Assembly (NCBI GenBank): GCA_965178125.1
Contig: OZ237763.1
Coordinates: 558,001 to 622,000 of the forward strand
From: Bilabrum cf. latius
Lineage: Eukaryota
Direction of reading: 5' to 3'
DNA: 64,000 bases
The notes below the pieces were generated by a model that had not been told where the DNA came from, did no database searches, and saw nothing but the letters and a program-made list of their open reading frames with translations. Positions 47,840 to 60,056 of the stretch are shown piece after piece; position 1 is the first letter of the stretch; each line of letters starts with the position of its first letter. A program made the translations under genes and the position numbers.

Positions 47840-48820
47840 TCAAAGCTTTGCAAACACAGCCTTGCCCTTCGTGAGCGCAGCCTCGGCAGCTTTCGGGATG
47901 TCCTCGGTGAGCAGGTGCGCAGCATTCCAGGCCTGCTGGTACCGCAAGGCAGTCGGGGTGGGGTGATCCCTGGAGAAATTCAGGTTTTCCTTTGTCCCCT
48001 ACACGGCCACTGGGCTCAGGCTGGCGATCCGCTGCGCTGTCGCGGCCGCGTGTGACCGCAGCGCCTTACGGTCGGTGAGGACGGCAGAGAAAACCCCGAA
48101 CTTCATGGCCTCTTCCGCACCAAATCTGCGGGCCGTATACGCCAGCTCGCGCACCAGGCTGTCATTCCCAGTGATTCGGGGGAGCCTCTGCAGCGTGCCC
48201 ACGTCTGCCGCCAGCCCGATCTCGGCCTCCTTGATGGAGAGGAACGCGTCTGCCGAGGCAAACCGGACGTCGGCCGCGCAAATGAGATCAACCGCTCCTC
48301 CTATGCACGCGCCCTGCACTGCTGCAACCACCGGGAGCCGGCACCTCTCGACGGCGTTGAAGGCCTCCTGATACGCCTTGATCATACCTCGCATACGAAG
48401 AGCTCGACGAGACACGTCGGGGCCACCCTCCTCCCCGGATCCCATCCCTGCCATGAACAACTCAGCATGATCTGCTACGTCAAGCCCGGCACTGAAGTGC
48501 CCCCCTTCTGCGGTGAGCAACACGACGCGATCGTCGTTGCTGGTGTCAGCGTCGATTGCATTGAAGCACTCTGCGATCTCGCTCCAGAAGGCTCTATTCA
48601 TCGCATTCATTTTCTTCGGTCTGTTTAATCGAACCTCGATAACCCTATCGTACGGCCGAGACACGGCAAGCGTTTCAAACGTTGGAAGGCTACTTGGGGG
48701 ATCCTCGCCGCTGGATGCAGACATGCTCGGCGCTGAGCACCTAAGGCCTCGAGCCAGTGTTGGACTATCGCACATGGCGGCACGTCGAAGCGCATGCTTG
48801 GCGATTCGAATGGCAGCCAT
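47840..48820 (-). CDS. ECH1: Delta(3,5)-Delta(2,4)-dienoyl-CoA isomerase (crotonase superfamily), 326 aa, 1 internal TAG (47999), C-terminal PTS1
   Basis: LNRPKKMNAMN, FSAGLD, GACIGGAVDL, IKEAEIGLAADVGTLQRLP, then SPVAV*GTKENLNFSRDH...AWNAAHLLTED...VFAKL-TGA TGA. Confidence 0.92.
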
Positions 48821-49131
48821 CGTTGCAAGTGAGCACAACTGCGCGGCGAAAGGTTCGTCCGTGCAACGAGCTTGTGTGACGACGATAGTACAGGATCGTG
48901 GGCACTGCAGTGCATAATGTAGAGCGAGTAGCAGAAGCGAGCATGCACAAGTCTTGATGTTACTAACTCTAAGCATGGCTGATTGCCGCCAACTAATCTA
49001 CAAGCGCCCCCCCACTGGCACCAGCATATCCCAACCCCCCTCCCCCCGCCACGTCCCCACGGTTGGACCCCACCACCGCCACCAAGCCACATCAATGGTA
49101 CATCAAACCTAATCAAGGTAAATCAAGGTAC

Positions 49132-52100
49132 TCACTTGCCCGCCCCGCCCGAGGCCGCAGCAGCAGGCGAGTCCGGAACTGCCTGAGGATACAGGGCCTT
49201 AAAGAGTGTCCTGAGCTTGGGCCCTGTGACTGGACGCAGCACCACGGCTGCCAGCCCGCACTGCCTGCTCTTCTTCAGCTCCTTTGACGTGGCCAAAGTG
49301 CCCGACAGACCCACAACCCTGAAGCTCGGGCGCCACTGCCCGTCCCCCAGCGCGGACCGAAACGCCCTAGAGACCCGTTTCCTGACGAACAACACCTCGC
49401 TGCCGATTGCCTTCGCGTGGCGGACCATGCGGGCGTCGGACTCGCCGTCGTCGCTCCCCACGGATCCGGAGCTAGAATACAGGCTGCCATCCGACATCTC
49501 CCCGGGCCCGGGCTCTGCTCGCGCGTGCGCCGCACCCGCCGTTGGCAGGCCTCGCCTGTTGCGTCTTCCCTGCACGCGCCTCGCGATCGCTAGCGAGCCA
49601 CGCCCTCCCGTGGTGACACCATCCACGTCCAAGTCCACAGAGGGCTGTCCCTGCTGACCCTGCGCCTGTCCGTTGTTCCCTGAGTCATCGGCCGAGGCAG
49701 TGAGGTCGCCGCTGGGACCCGACCCGAACTCACCTCCGGCAGCGTGCTCTGCTCCCCCCTCTCTTTTCTGCACCTGCGCGCCTTCGCCCTGCCTCTGCCG
49801 CACTTGCTGCTCCTCCTTGGCCTCTTTCCTGGCCTGCCTGATACCGCCTGCTATTGCAAACAGGGGGGCCTTGTCGCTGGCGGGCAGCTCCGTTCCGCTG
49901 GAACTGCCCGTTTCTCTGCTCTCCAGCCGTCCGAGGGGCTTCCTTCCGCCGCTTCCGCCGCCGCCGGTGCGGGACGGGCTGCCCGGCAAATCCTCCAGGC
50001 CCTCGCCCTCGCCCTTGCCCTCTGATCCCCGAAGCAGTCGGCCCAACGATGCGGCAGGATCGGCTAGATTGCCCACCAGCACGATGCAGCTCAGGGCACA
50101 CGCACTCATCACACTGCGATACACCTCGCGGCCTGTCTCCAGCATAACCTGGTCCGCGTCGACGATGTCGCCGGAGGGGCCAAGGACAGAATCCCTGGTT
50201 GTCGTTGAGTTGTATCTCCCGTCATCGCTGCCCACCGACTTGCCCATGGAACCACCGTGTCCCTTGCCACGCCTCGACTTTGTCACTTGCACGCCCACCT
50301 GGCTGGCAAACTCAGAGGTGAGCACTCGCTGCGCTTCCCTCGACAGCAGCACGGCCTTGACTGCGCATCGGAACCCCCCGATCTTCACTGCCTCGCGCAC
50401 CACTGCCTCCTCCGCAGGGTCTGCCGTGAGCAGCACCACTGCCGCTCTACTCCGTGGCTCGAGAACCCGCGGGACTGCTGGGACGGGTGGGCGAGCGCCA
50501 GCATACGCAGCCGCACTGTTTCGTGCCAGTCTGGCGCGGCGATGGGTCCCCTGCGACGTCCCATCGACAGTTGCACGAGGGCTGGACAGGGACCTGTCTG
50601 GGCTTCTATTGTTGTTTCCCTGCTCCGAGTTGCCCACTACCTCCTCCTCAATGAAACTCCCGCTCGCATCGGCGCCTGGCAGCTTCGCGGCATCCACTAG
50701 CAAGTGGCTGGGCTGCACCGGCAGCCTGGCCTGCGTCATCGCGCTCTCCATCTCGTCTACCGCAGTGTCCAGCTGGCACAACCCCTCAAGCGCGGACCTC
50801 CGTACGTCAGGTAGATCGGCAACCGCAGCAAATCGCCGTAGCTCAGCCCGGGTCTCTCGCGCCGCCCTGAGCCGCTTGGCCAGCCTTGAGCCCATGTCGG
50901 AGCTCTATATCGTGCGCACCGGGGCGGATGGATCCTGCATGGGCAGCAGCACCCACAGCCTGATGCCGATGCTGCCAGCGGCATCCACAGCCGTCTCCAC
51001 GCCCATCTTGCCACCCTGTGCCTCAACCAGCATCCTCACGATCGACAGCGAGAGGCCCGTGCTGGACTGCTTGTTGCTAAGCCTGGACACGTCAGGTAGC
51101 AGCGTGGGGATGGCGGCACGCAGGCTGAGGCCAAGGTTTGCATCTAGGCGACGGATGGAACCGGTGACGGGAGACATGTTGGAGCTTGAGCCCATCCCAC
51201 TGTTCATCTGGGTGCTGCGGCTCATCATATTGTGCCTGTTGGACCCGGAGCTGGACGGTTCGTCGGGCAGGTTGACGTCAGACACTCCGGACACGCGGCC
51301 GGTCGAAGACGTGTTTCCCATCAGGGCGCCCCGTTGACCAGACCCTCTGTAGCTGCCCTGCCTACCGTGTTTGCCGGCCGCCTTGCCATCCCTTGTGGTG
51401 CGATGCCTCAGCTGCCCGACGTCGTCATCCGAGTCGAACTCGTGGCCCCCTCCTCCGCGGTGCTAGTCCTCCTCCATCCAAGGAGCCTGCTCGAACGCCA
51501 GCGCGGCGACACCAACGTCGTGAATAGACTCGACAGACTACGCAGAGTAGCCATCGTCCTCTTTGCGCGCGTCTACCGCGGATGTGTGCCCTCCGCTGGT
51601 ATGCCCACCGCGAGAAGACTCCGAGCCTGACTCCATGCCGCCGCTCCCTGACGGCATCACGCGGCTGGACTGGCCGAACATCCTGCGCTGAGACACTGGC
51701 TCGCCGGCTTCCGATGCATCGGTCCCCGCGCGCTGCCTCTGCTGCATCTCATCGCTGAGCTGTTGCGCCCGCCTGGCACGTCTGCGTCTCTTGCTCTCGC
51801 TCGCACCGCCAACATTGCCCATAAACGGCCGCAGTGCAGCGCGCGCGTCGACACCGCCTAGCACACCGTTGGGCAGCACGAATTCGAACAGCAGGTACGG
51901 CCTCTGCCTCGCCGCCAACCACACGGATTCCTCCACTGCCTTCTCTGCGTGTCGCAGGTCTTGCTCGGCTTTCGCCAGCCGCACTGCCTGCATGGCCTCT
52001 GGTCGCCTCCTGTCCATCTCCGCCGCCCTGGACTTCTGCTTCCTCATCCATTTCGGCACGCCGGTGCTCGCGCTCCCTCCCGAGGATTGGACGCGCAGGA

Positions 52101-55100
52101 CCGTCTGCTCGTCGGGTCGACCAGAGTCGCCTCTCCCCACTCCACTGATGGTGACCCGGTCGTCACCCACCCCGCCAGACGGAGAAGTTGCTCCCGTGTT
52201 GTCACCTGACCCGCTGCCTCGTCTCCTGTCTTCTTCATTGCTGTCGCTGCTCAAATTTGTTTCGTGGAACTCGGAGATGGAGAGGCCCATGTTGGCGTCA
52301 GCGGTCGGTGCCATCATGCCGCCGCCGGAGGAGTCTTCCGTGGCAGATCGTTCACCAGGCAAGCTATCGGGCAGGTTGGAGTGCAGCACAACGGCGGACG
52401 AAGGCAATGGGGCCTGCCGCATCAGCAGCACGCTCGCGATGAATCGACCTGCCTTGGTGCTGTGCAGCGCCGCGAGCCTGAGGGCGTGCTGCAGGTTCAG
52501 CGGCAGTTCGATGCTCCCAATGAGCCGCCTCGCACCCGTGGTGAAGGCGGCTAGCTTTCGCAGCTCGTCCACATGCTGCAGAGAAGGAGCAGAGGCATTG
52601 ACAAAGAAGTGCGGGTACGTAAGGACCGACCTCTGCGCCAGCCTCTTCTGCGCGATCTGTTGTGGCGTGAGGCCTTCATCGAACGGATCGCCCACCTCGA
52701 TGGAATCGGTAGACCCCATACTTCTTCGAGACGACACCATGGCACTGGACCCTGGCGTGACGACGCCCCGACCAGTCGGGGCGGGCGAGAGCTGGTCCGT
52801 CTTGAGCAGTTCAGTCTCAAGGTAGTTGTGTATTGCCACGTTGAAGCGGTTAAGGGGGTGCGATGCCGCGGAGCCGTCGGACCTCTCAGTGCTGCCGGTG
52901 CGGCCCCTATCCGGCTTCGAGGGGTGTCTCGGCAGCGCGCCCGGCTGCTAGCCGTCTCGACGGTTGCCACCAGACGAACGTCGTTGCTTCCCGTTCCCAC
53001 CCACTCCCGGCGTTGAAACTGTGCTCCGCGGAAGAACGAATGCTGCATGCGGACCGCTGTTCGACCGCGAATTCCGGCGACCGTCCGGCCCGTTGCCGCC
53101 CGCCCCGGCCGCTCTCCGCCTCTCCTGCATCTCCTTCTCATGCGCTTCCTCTCTCTCCCTGGCCCACGCCTCGTCTTTCTCAGATACCCACTCTGCCCAC
53201 CCAGACAGCTTCACGGACGTGTTGCCGTCCCATGCCACGAGGCGAGCAGACATCTCGAGCTTGGTAAGGTTCTCAGACCTGTCCGCGTGTGCCACAACCC
53301 ATGACACGCACGTCTGCAGGGCCTGCATGGCCCGAATCGGATCCAGCGTGGCACTCTGTGGCAAGTTCTCTGCCACGTAGGTGGAAACGCCGCACGCTGG
53401 CTTCTTCTTCTCTCCCGCAGAGTCCGTGGGGTTACCGCTCTGGGTCCTGGCAGCCCCACCCACCACGCTTGGGGCATTCATCGAAAATGCGAACGAAGGC
53501 TCGTCCCCTGTGATGCTCTGAAAGGTGCCTCCTCGCGACAGGCGGCTCCCGTACAGCCCGGTCCTGGTACCAGTCCCCGTCAAGGAGCCCTTCTTGTTGC
53601 TGCTCTTGAACCTGTACTTGCTATGGTGCCCCCCAACTGACCCCAGCCGGCCCGCATCGAGCCCCGAGACGGACCGCTTGGTGCCGGACTAAAAGGAGAT
53701 GTGCGTCTCCCCGTCATCATCGCCAGCAAGCGAATCCAGTTCGCCGCCCAACCACTGCGACCCCGAGTCTGCGCTCTGCAAGAACGACTGGTTGCCTCCT
53801 TGACGGCCGTCCGAGGACAGACCGGCCAGCTCGCCATAGTGTCCAGATCTAGCACCCTGGCTGCTCTGCTCCGAGGAGTGACGGGAGGCGTGATTCGGCG
53901 CTTTTGTTGACTGCGTGGGTGGCAGCGAGGGCCTGCGGCGGGACGCGGCCGGGGACGCCTTGATGGCATCGGCGCGAGCCTCGCGTAGGGCGAACTGCTC
54001 TACCGCAGCGATGAGGTCGAAGAGCCTGGTTGACTGGGGGTTGAGGGAGACCTGCCCCTGCGCGAGATTGGACGCGTCAAGAGCGTCTCTGGTGAGTAGC
54101 CTGATCTGGTCCACGACGGCATGCGCCGCCCTGAGCGCGTTACCTGCCGTGCTGTCGCTCGCAGCCTCGATATCCACGAGAGGCCGCAGCTGCTGGAGAG
54201 AGTTTGCGAGCGCCTGCGTGGGAGGCCGCAGCTGCTCTGCAAAGTACCTGACAACCCTCTTCTAGGCGTGGTTGGCGGCCCTCATCTTCTCCTTGGCTGC
54301 CCGTTCCCTCGCCCTTGACTGCACCTCCTGCATCTGTCTCTCGATGGAGCGGTTGACCAGCGTGACCGTGATCCAGGCCAGCATCACGCGAAGGATCAGC
54401 CTCTGCAAGGCAAAGAAAGCCAGGCCTAGCATGGATGCTACGCTTAGGGAAAGCCTGTGCGCGTAGGAAGACTCTGGGGGTGCAATTTCCAGCGGCTCGA
54501 TGCCGCCGTACGTGCTGATCACGCGATCGAAGAACAAGGACAGAATTGCCGCCACTTTCGCACCCCAGAGGATGAGTGAAGGTCCTGTGCACATGCAGTT
54601 GACCCCCGTGAGCATGGGTCCAAACTCCGCGTAGATCCACGGGGCCACCCTTGGCCACGGGGTGCTGCTAGAGGCGCGGCCACCGGAGCCGACCGAGTCG
54701 ATGCCTCCGCTGGACTCGATCGTAGTCGTCCCAAAGGACTTGAAGGTGGAGCCTCCCCTGGATCCCATGCTGGCGTTTCGGCTCCTGAGGCCACGGCGGG
54801 AGGAGGAGAGCTGGGGAGAGTTGGTGACGTTGGGGTCTCGTCCTCCCGAGATGCTGCCAGCTAGAGGCCTCTGCGAATCCGAGCCGAGGGACACCAAAGA
54901 AGCGTACCGCAGCTGCTACAGGCGTTGTACAACCAAACCACGCATGTCAGCAATCGTAGAGGCAGCCCATGCAGTCGCGCAATCGCAGCAGAACGCATCC
55001 GATGCGATGACCTCCGAGCTCCACTCGTGCACGCCGTAGCCCTCCTCCACGCTGCGGCGCCTGCCACCGGCCTTGCCCTTCCCACCGCCACCCGTGGAAG

Positions 55101-57255
55101 CATCACCCGAAGCCTGGCAGTGAGAGCACCTCATGCACAGGCACAAGGGGCTGTCGCAAACCCAGGCGTTGCACGAGCAGCACCCGATGCAGCACGACTG
55201 GCAGCAGGCTGTCGCGCAGACCCTGCGGCAGCAGGTCAGCCCGCCCACCGTGCAGCAGCGACGGCAGCAGCGCCGTGTCCTGACGGCCGCGCGCCACGTC
55301 GACGCCCTTTGGTAGTCCGAGCAGGCGTCCATGCAATCCGGCTCCGGGTCCAGCTGGGGCCCGTGCCGCTTGGCCGTGAGGTAGTGCATGCCGGGCTCGA
55401 AGCAGCAGCCGCACAGGCCGCACCCAGGGGCCTCGTCCTCGACATGTGGCCTGCCGTACCTTCGCCTGCGCCTGTGCGGAGGATCGCCGGCCCATGCGCC
55501 ACCACCCCTCGTTGTTCTCTCGGTGAGACAGTCTCCGCACGGCCTCCCGCGCCAGCCGTCTGGTACCGGTAGGTGCGGCTCCAGGTGCCAGGCCACTGGA
55601 CCCAGCCGTCCCACCACCTGGGAGATAGTGTCCTCCCGCACCCATGTGCGCACCTCGCTGGCCATCGTGGACTCTGACACGCGCAGCCTCACCGGGGCAG
55701 GGGCCACCGGCGGTCCCGGGGGCCGCACACCCCAGCTTGGCTGCGGCGAGCTGGCATCGGCCCCCGTCCCTGCCCCGTAAGACCCGGTGGTGCCTCCCTC
55801 CTGGAACTGCACCACGGGAACGGTGACTCTGCTCGTGCCCGCTGTTCCCTGGGTATCAGTTCTGCCTCCCTGGCTGCCTTCGTTGATGCTGGACGGGTCG
55901 TTGCTGGCAGTGGGCTTGGCATCGCCTGGCTCGCTCCCAACGGAGGAGAGCTTGGAACGGTGCCGCGGGCTAGAGCCGCTGGCTAGCAGGCCGGAACTGA
56001 CCTGCGCTGGTGGAGAGCTGTGAGGAGTAGGCTGGCCAGTCGGCAGCTCGCCTGCCCCATGATGCTGCAGCGAGGAAGCCGGTCCAGTGGCTAGGTGAGG
56101 ATGGGATACAACCGACTGCAGCTTGCCTCGTCTAGGCAAGCCCATGCCGTAAAATCTGGCAATGTCCCTGCCCCTCATACCCATGTTGGCTGCCTTGGGA
56201 ACCCGCAGAACAAAATCGATGGGTGTGAGCGACATGAACAGGGCGAATGAGGCGAAGCAGCAAATTACCGCGATCAGGTACAGCGCGATGTACGATGCGT
56301 GGTTGGGTGTGTATTCAGGATCACGGAACGACCCATCGGGCTCCACTATCGTGCTCCTGCCCTCCGGCCAGTACGAATCGAACGCCGACTGCGCGTACGG
56401 CCACACCTCGATGATCGCGAAGCCAAGAATGAGCGTAGCGGTCCGGACGAATGTGCCAGTCGCCGTCGAAAGAGAATGGATGCTGAGCTATGCATTCATC
56501 AAAACAATGGTGACTGCCGTGGACACCAGCGCGAACGCGTCCCGGTAGCGATACAGGGGCTCGCCGGAGGTCTGCAGCGCGAATGGGTACGCCCACATGC
56601 AGCCGACGATCATGAAGAGGCCTTCAAAGCCGCCAACTAAAAACTAAAATGCTGCAACGCGGTACGTTCGAGCCGCGATCGGATGCTTCGCTAGGAACGC
56701 TGCAGAGAAGAGCCCAGCTCCAATCGCTGCGTTCTGGAACAGGATTAGGCCACCTATCGCTCGGCGGGAGCTCAGCGAAGTCCACGATTCCACAAAGGAC
56801 GCTACTTCCCCCTCTCCTTCAAGTGGATATTCTACATCCCGCTGCGTGCCGTTGATATTGTGGGTGGTGAGTATGTCGTGGACTGTCCTGACGTGCGCTG
56901 GCGTCCAGCCACCAATACAGCCGACTCCTATCAAAACAAGTACCAGCGCCAATCCAATTGCAGCTGTAATATAGGAAGGGTACAGGGGGGCTGCAATGGC
57001 ATCGTCGCGTGCTGCCAAGGCCAAGAATCTCCAAGCTGCCCGAGCCGCAGATTGTGGGGCTTTAGCTACCGCCACTTGAAACGACACAGCAGCGGTCCAC
57101 AGCGCACTTCCAGTCGATGATGAATTTGTAGAATCTCCTGGCGTCCTGGATGGCCACACAAATGTATTCGGTGTGCATATCCAAGACGGACGACTCTGTC
57201 GATCGAGGCCTACCCGCTCCAGCTGCAGCTGTTTGCCGCCAGTGCTGTCTCCCAT
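49132..57255 (-). CDS. Membrane-bound hybrid histidine kinase-like protein with degenerate HisKA, HATPase and receiver domains, about 2707 aa, 9 internal TAG
   Basis: ATG 57255 and a multi-TM N-terminal half. H-box region AANHA*KRVVRYFAEQLRPP; LLTRDALDASNLAQGQVSL; LDPIRAMQAL; G2 box STGLSLSIVRMLVEAQGGKMGV; receiver C-terminus VVGLSG...GLAAVVLRPV. One frame to TGA 49132. Confidence 0.82.
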
Positions 57256-57449
57256 CAGGTCTTAAAATGAAGCTACCCGAGGCAAGCTATGTATCGAGAC
57301 TGCTGCACAGTACTTGGGCACGGCAATGTGAGCGAGTGTGGGCGGTCGCACGTGAGCGGCCTTGCGAGCTTTCAAGTTGGTCGCAAGCTCCGTGCGGAGA
57401 GTCACGGGTACAGTAGAGACCAAGTGCAACCAACTTAATTCAAATGTAA

Positions 57450-59912
57450 TTACTAAAAAACCACTGCCCCGTCTCCCATCAGCATGCTCGAATCGTTGTC
57501 CAACAACTCGACGCCGTCCAGCCCTATCGCGCCGTCGGCACTGCGATCATGGCCGGCACGACTCGGTACTGCTCGGTGCCGCCTCTACGATCGAAGAGTC
57601 CCTGCAGCTGGCGAGCCATTCATCTTGGATCCGTGGCCACCCGTCATCGGCTCGGCAGCACCCTCGTGAAAAGGCTGAATTTCGAATGATGCAGCCAGAC
57701 GCTTGGCAGCAGACTGCTGCAAAAGTCGGATGACTGATGGCTAGCCGAGCAGATCAGCCAAAGAAGCTGCGATCGCACTTGACATTGCAGTGCGAGCGGG
57801 CTCTGTCAGGACGTCATGGGACCGATGCCCCGAGCAAGCCACGTCGTCTCGCTGCTCACTCCCGCGGTGCTCGCCAGCGGGCAGTTGCTCCGATTCGCCA
57901 ACCCCGAGCCCGCCCTGGGATATCGATTCCGAGTACCGCATGGCCGTCATGGCCGCGGCACCGGCCGCAGCTCCGTAGGCCGCCGCGAACTCCTTGCTCC
58001 ACCTGCCGCTCCGCAGCGACCGGACGTCCTCCGGGCCAAGGGGTGGGAAGGAGGGGGCGAGCGGGGGCTCGCGCGCCGCCCTTCCCTAACCCTAGCCAGA
58101 CCGAATCAAACCGCTAGGATCCACTACCAGAGACACGGCCGGCCGGGTCTTGATGCCGGAGCCACCCCGCACGCTGCCTGTGTACCCCCCTTTCGGCCCC
58201 CCAGTGCCACCAGGCTCTGCCCGTGCCTGTGCCAACCCCTTGTTGCCAGCAGACCCGGACCCGGACCCGGACCCGCCTCGCTCGCTGCTGCTGCTGCCCC
58301 GCGGCGGCTCCGTCCACACGGTGTTGGCGCCCGGCATGCTCTCACCGGGGTCCCGCAGCCCCGCCGGCGCCGCGCCCAGGTTCCGCAGCACGGCCTGCAG
58401 GTCCACGCCCCTGGTGCTGACGAGTGCGGCCACCACGTCATCAAGGAGGCGGTCGTCCGCCTCGCTGGGGCTCCTGTGGGCACCCAGCGCCCTGGCAGCA
58501 GCGTCTTGTTCCCTGGAAGTACCTGACCCGGTACCTACTCGCCTGGGGTCCGTCTCCCCCGAACGGCGGGCCGAAGGTGATGCTGATGCTGATGCTGATG
58601 CTGATGATGATGCTGATGATGATGATGCTGATGATGATACTGATGATAGTGATGATGCTGGTCGACGGCCCGGCCTGTCCGCTCCCCTGCTCGCCCGGAA
58701 GTTGGCAGGTAGTGTCGGGGGCGCGGCGGCGCGAGGCTCTCCGACAACCACATGGTGCCGCGCTCCCGCGCGACCCACGGCCACCGCGGACCCCGCGCCA
58801 TGCGAGGCACCCAAGTAGCGAGGGTGGCGCGAGTTCGACGATCCATCCCCGCCACTGATGCTCGTCACACTGTTTCGCATGCCCGCCCACCCGCCACCAA
58901 AGACCCCGCTGTGCCCCCTCCCGGCACCGGGCCTCATGGACGCTGCGAGCTCCCGCCCCGAGGCGGTGACCAGAAGCGAGGGCGCCACCGGGTCTCGATC
59001 CCCGGGGGTGGCAATCGCAGCCGCAAGCGTACCCCGCCCCATCCCAGGAAGTTTCGCGTCGCTCCTCGTTAGGCCAGCTGCCAGCCGTTGGGCGTAGGCG
59101 TCCAGGGTGTCTGGCCTGGCTGACCCCAGCGTGGGGGCGGGGAGCACAGGGGCTGGGGTCCACAGGTGGGGTGGGGGTCGACGGCGGAACTGATCGAAGG
59201 GATCTGCACCGCCATACGATGCACCCTGCGTTCCAGACAGGACCGGGTCGTACCGGGACATCCCCGTGACCTTGCCATCTCCATCTCCACTGGCAGCGTG
59301 TGCTTGGTCGATGGGCTCTGCTGGTCCCCGCTCGCCGCTTGACATATCAGGGGATTGATACGCCCCATCAGACTACGGAGATTCGGAACGGGCAGGCGGG
59401 TGGGCTGAACTGGGACCCTCCCTTCCCTCGGGTGAAGAATCGCCACTGCCAGTGGCAGGCGCGTCAACGGCGGGATCGGTGCCGCCAAACTCTTTTTCTG
59501 CTTTGGAGTCAGCTTCCCTCCGCCGCTGTTTTCTTCGCAGATGGGCGCGCTGGATTGCTCGGGCGATTCGAGCACCAGCTACAGTGGCCTCGCTAGCATC
59601 TGTCCATCTCATGTCAGCCACTGTCACTACGTTGCCGCCGGTTGGCGTGCTGTGTGTAGCTGTGTCTTGCGGCCCAGACTCTTGCTCCACTCTCAAGCGG
59701 ATACTTGTAAGCATAGACGCATCGATGAGCTTGGAAGACGAGCCCAGGCGGTGGAGCATGCTTTCTTTGTCTGCCTTGAGCGATGCCTGGCTGTCATGAG
59801 GAGAGCTCCTCTCATCCTTGCGGTTTCTTGATGGAGAGGGCTCCTCCACTTCAAATTCATCGTCTTCATAGTCATCAACTGCATCATTATAGCCACCCTG
59901 AGTACTCTGCAT
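57450..59912 (-). CDS. Hypothetical low-complexity protein with an IQ-like motif, about 820 aa, 6 internal TAG; ends at TAA
   Basis: ORFs 59373, 58092 and 57741 are joined in frame by TAG. IQ-like ARAIQRAHLRRKQRR. The frame ends ...GTT TTT TAG TAA (57455-57450), followed by AT-rich sequence. Confidence 0.7.
58578..58660. repeat. Coding (gat/gctgat)n microsatellite encoding a Ser/Ala tract
   Basis: tgatgctgatgct... array; the minus strand reads SSSASSSSASASASAS. Confidence 0.8.
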
Positions 59913-60056
59913 GACGCCAACGTTTCGCAAATGAGAAAGGAAGTCCCGCGATTCGAATCTCGATCACGAACGTTCGGTATCTCGAACGTTCGTGAAGTTC
60001 CACCGAATCTGGGAAGAATTGGGAGCGGGGGGCAATCGATCACTTCTTGCTAAAAA

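Noticed and set aside
49673-51337. Long plus-strand ORF of 554 aa, and similar antisense ORFs elsewhere
   Set aside because: These are antisense shadows of GC-rich real genes on the opposite strand and contain no domain motifs.
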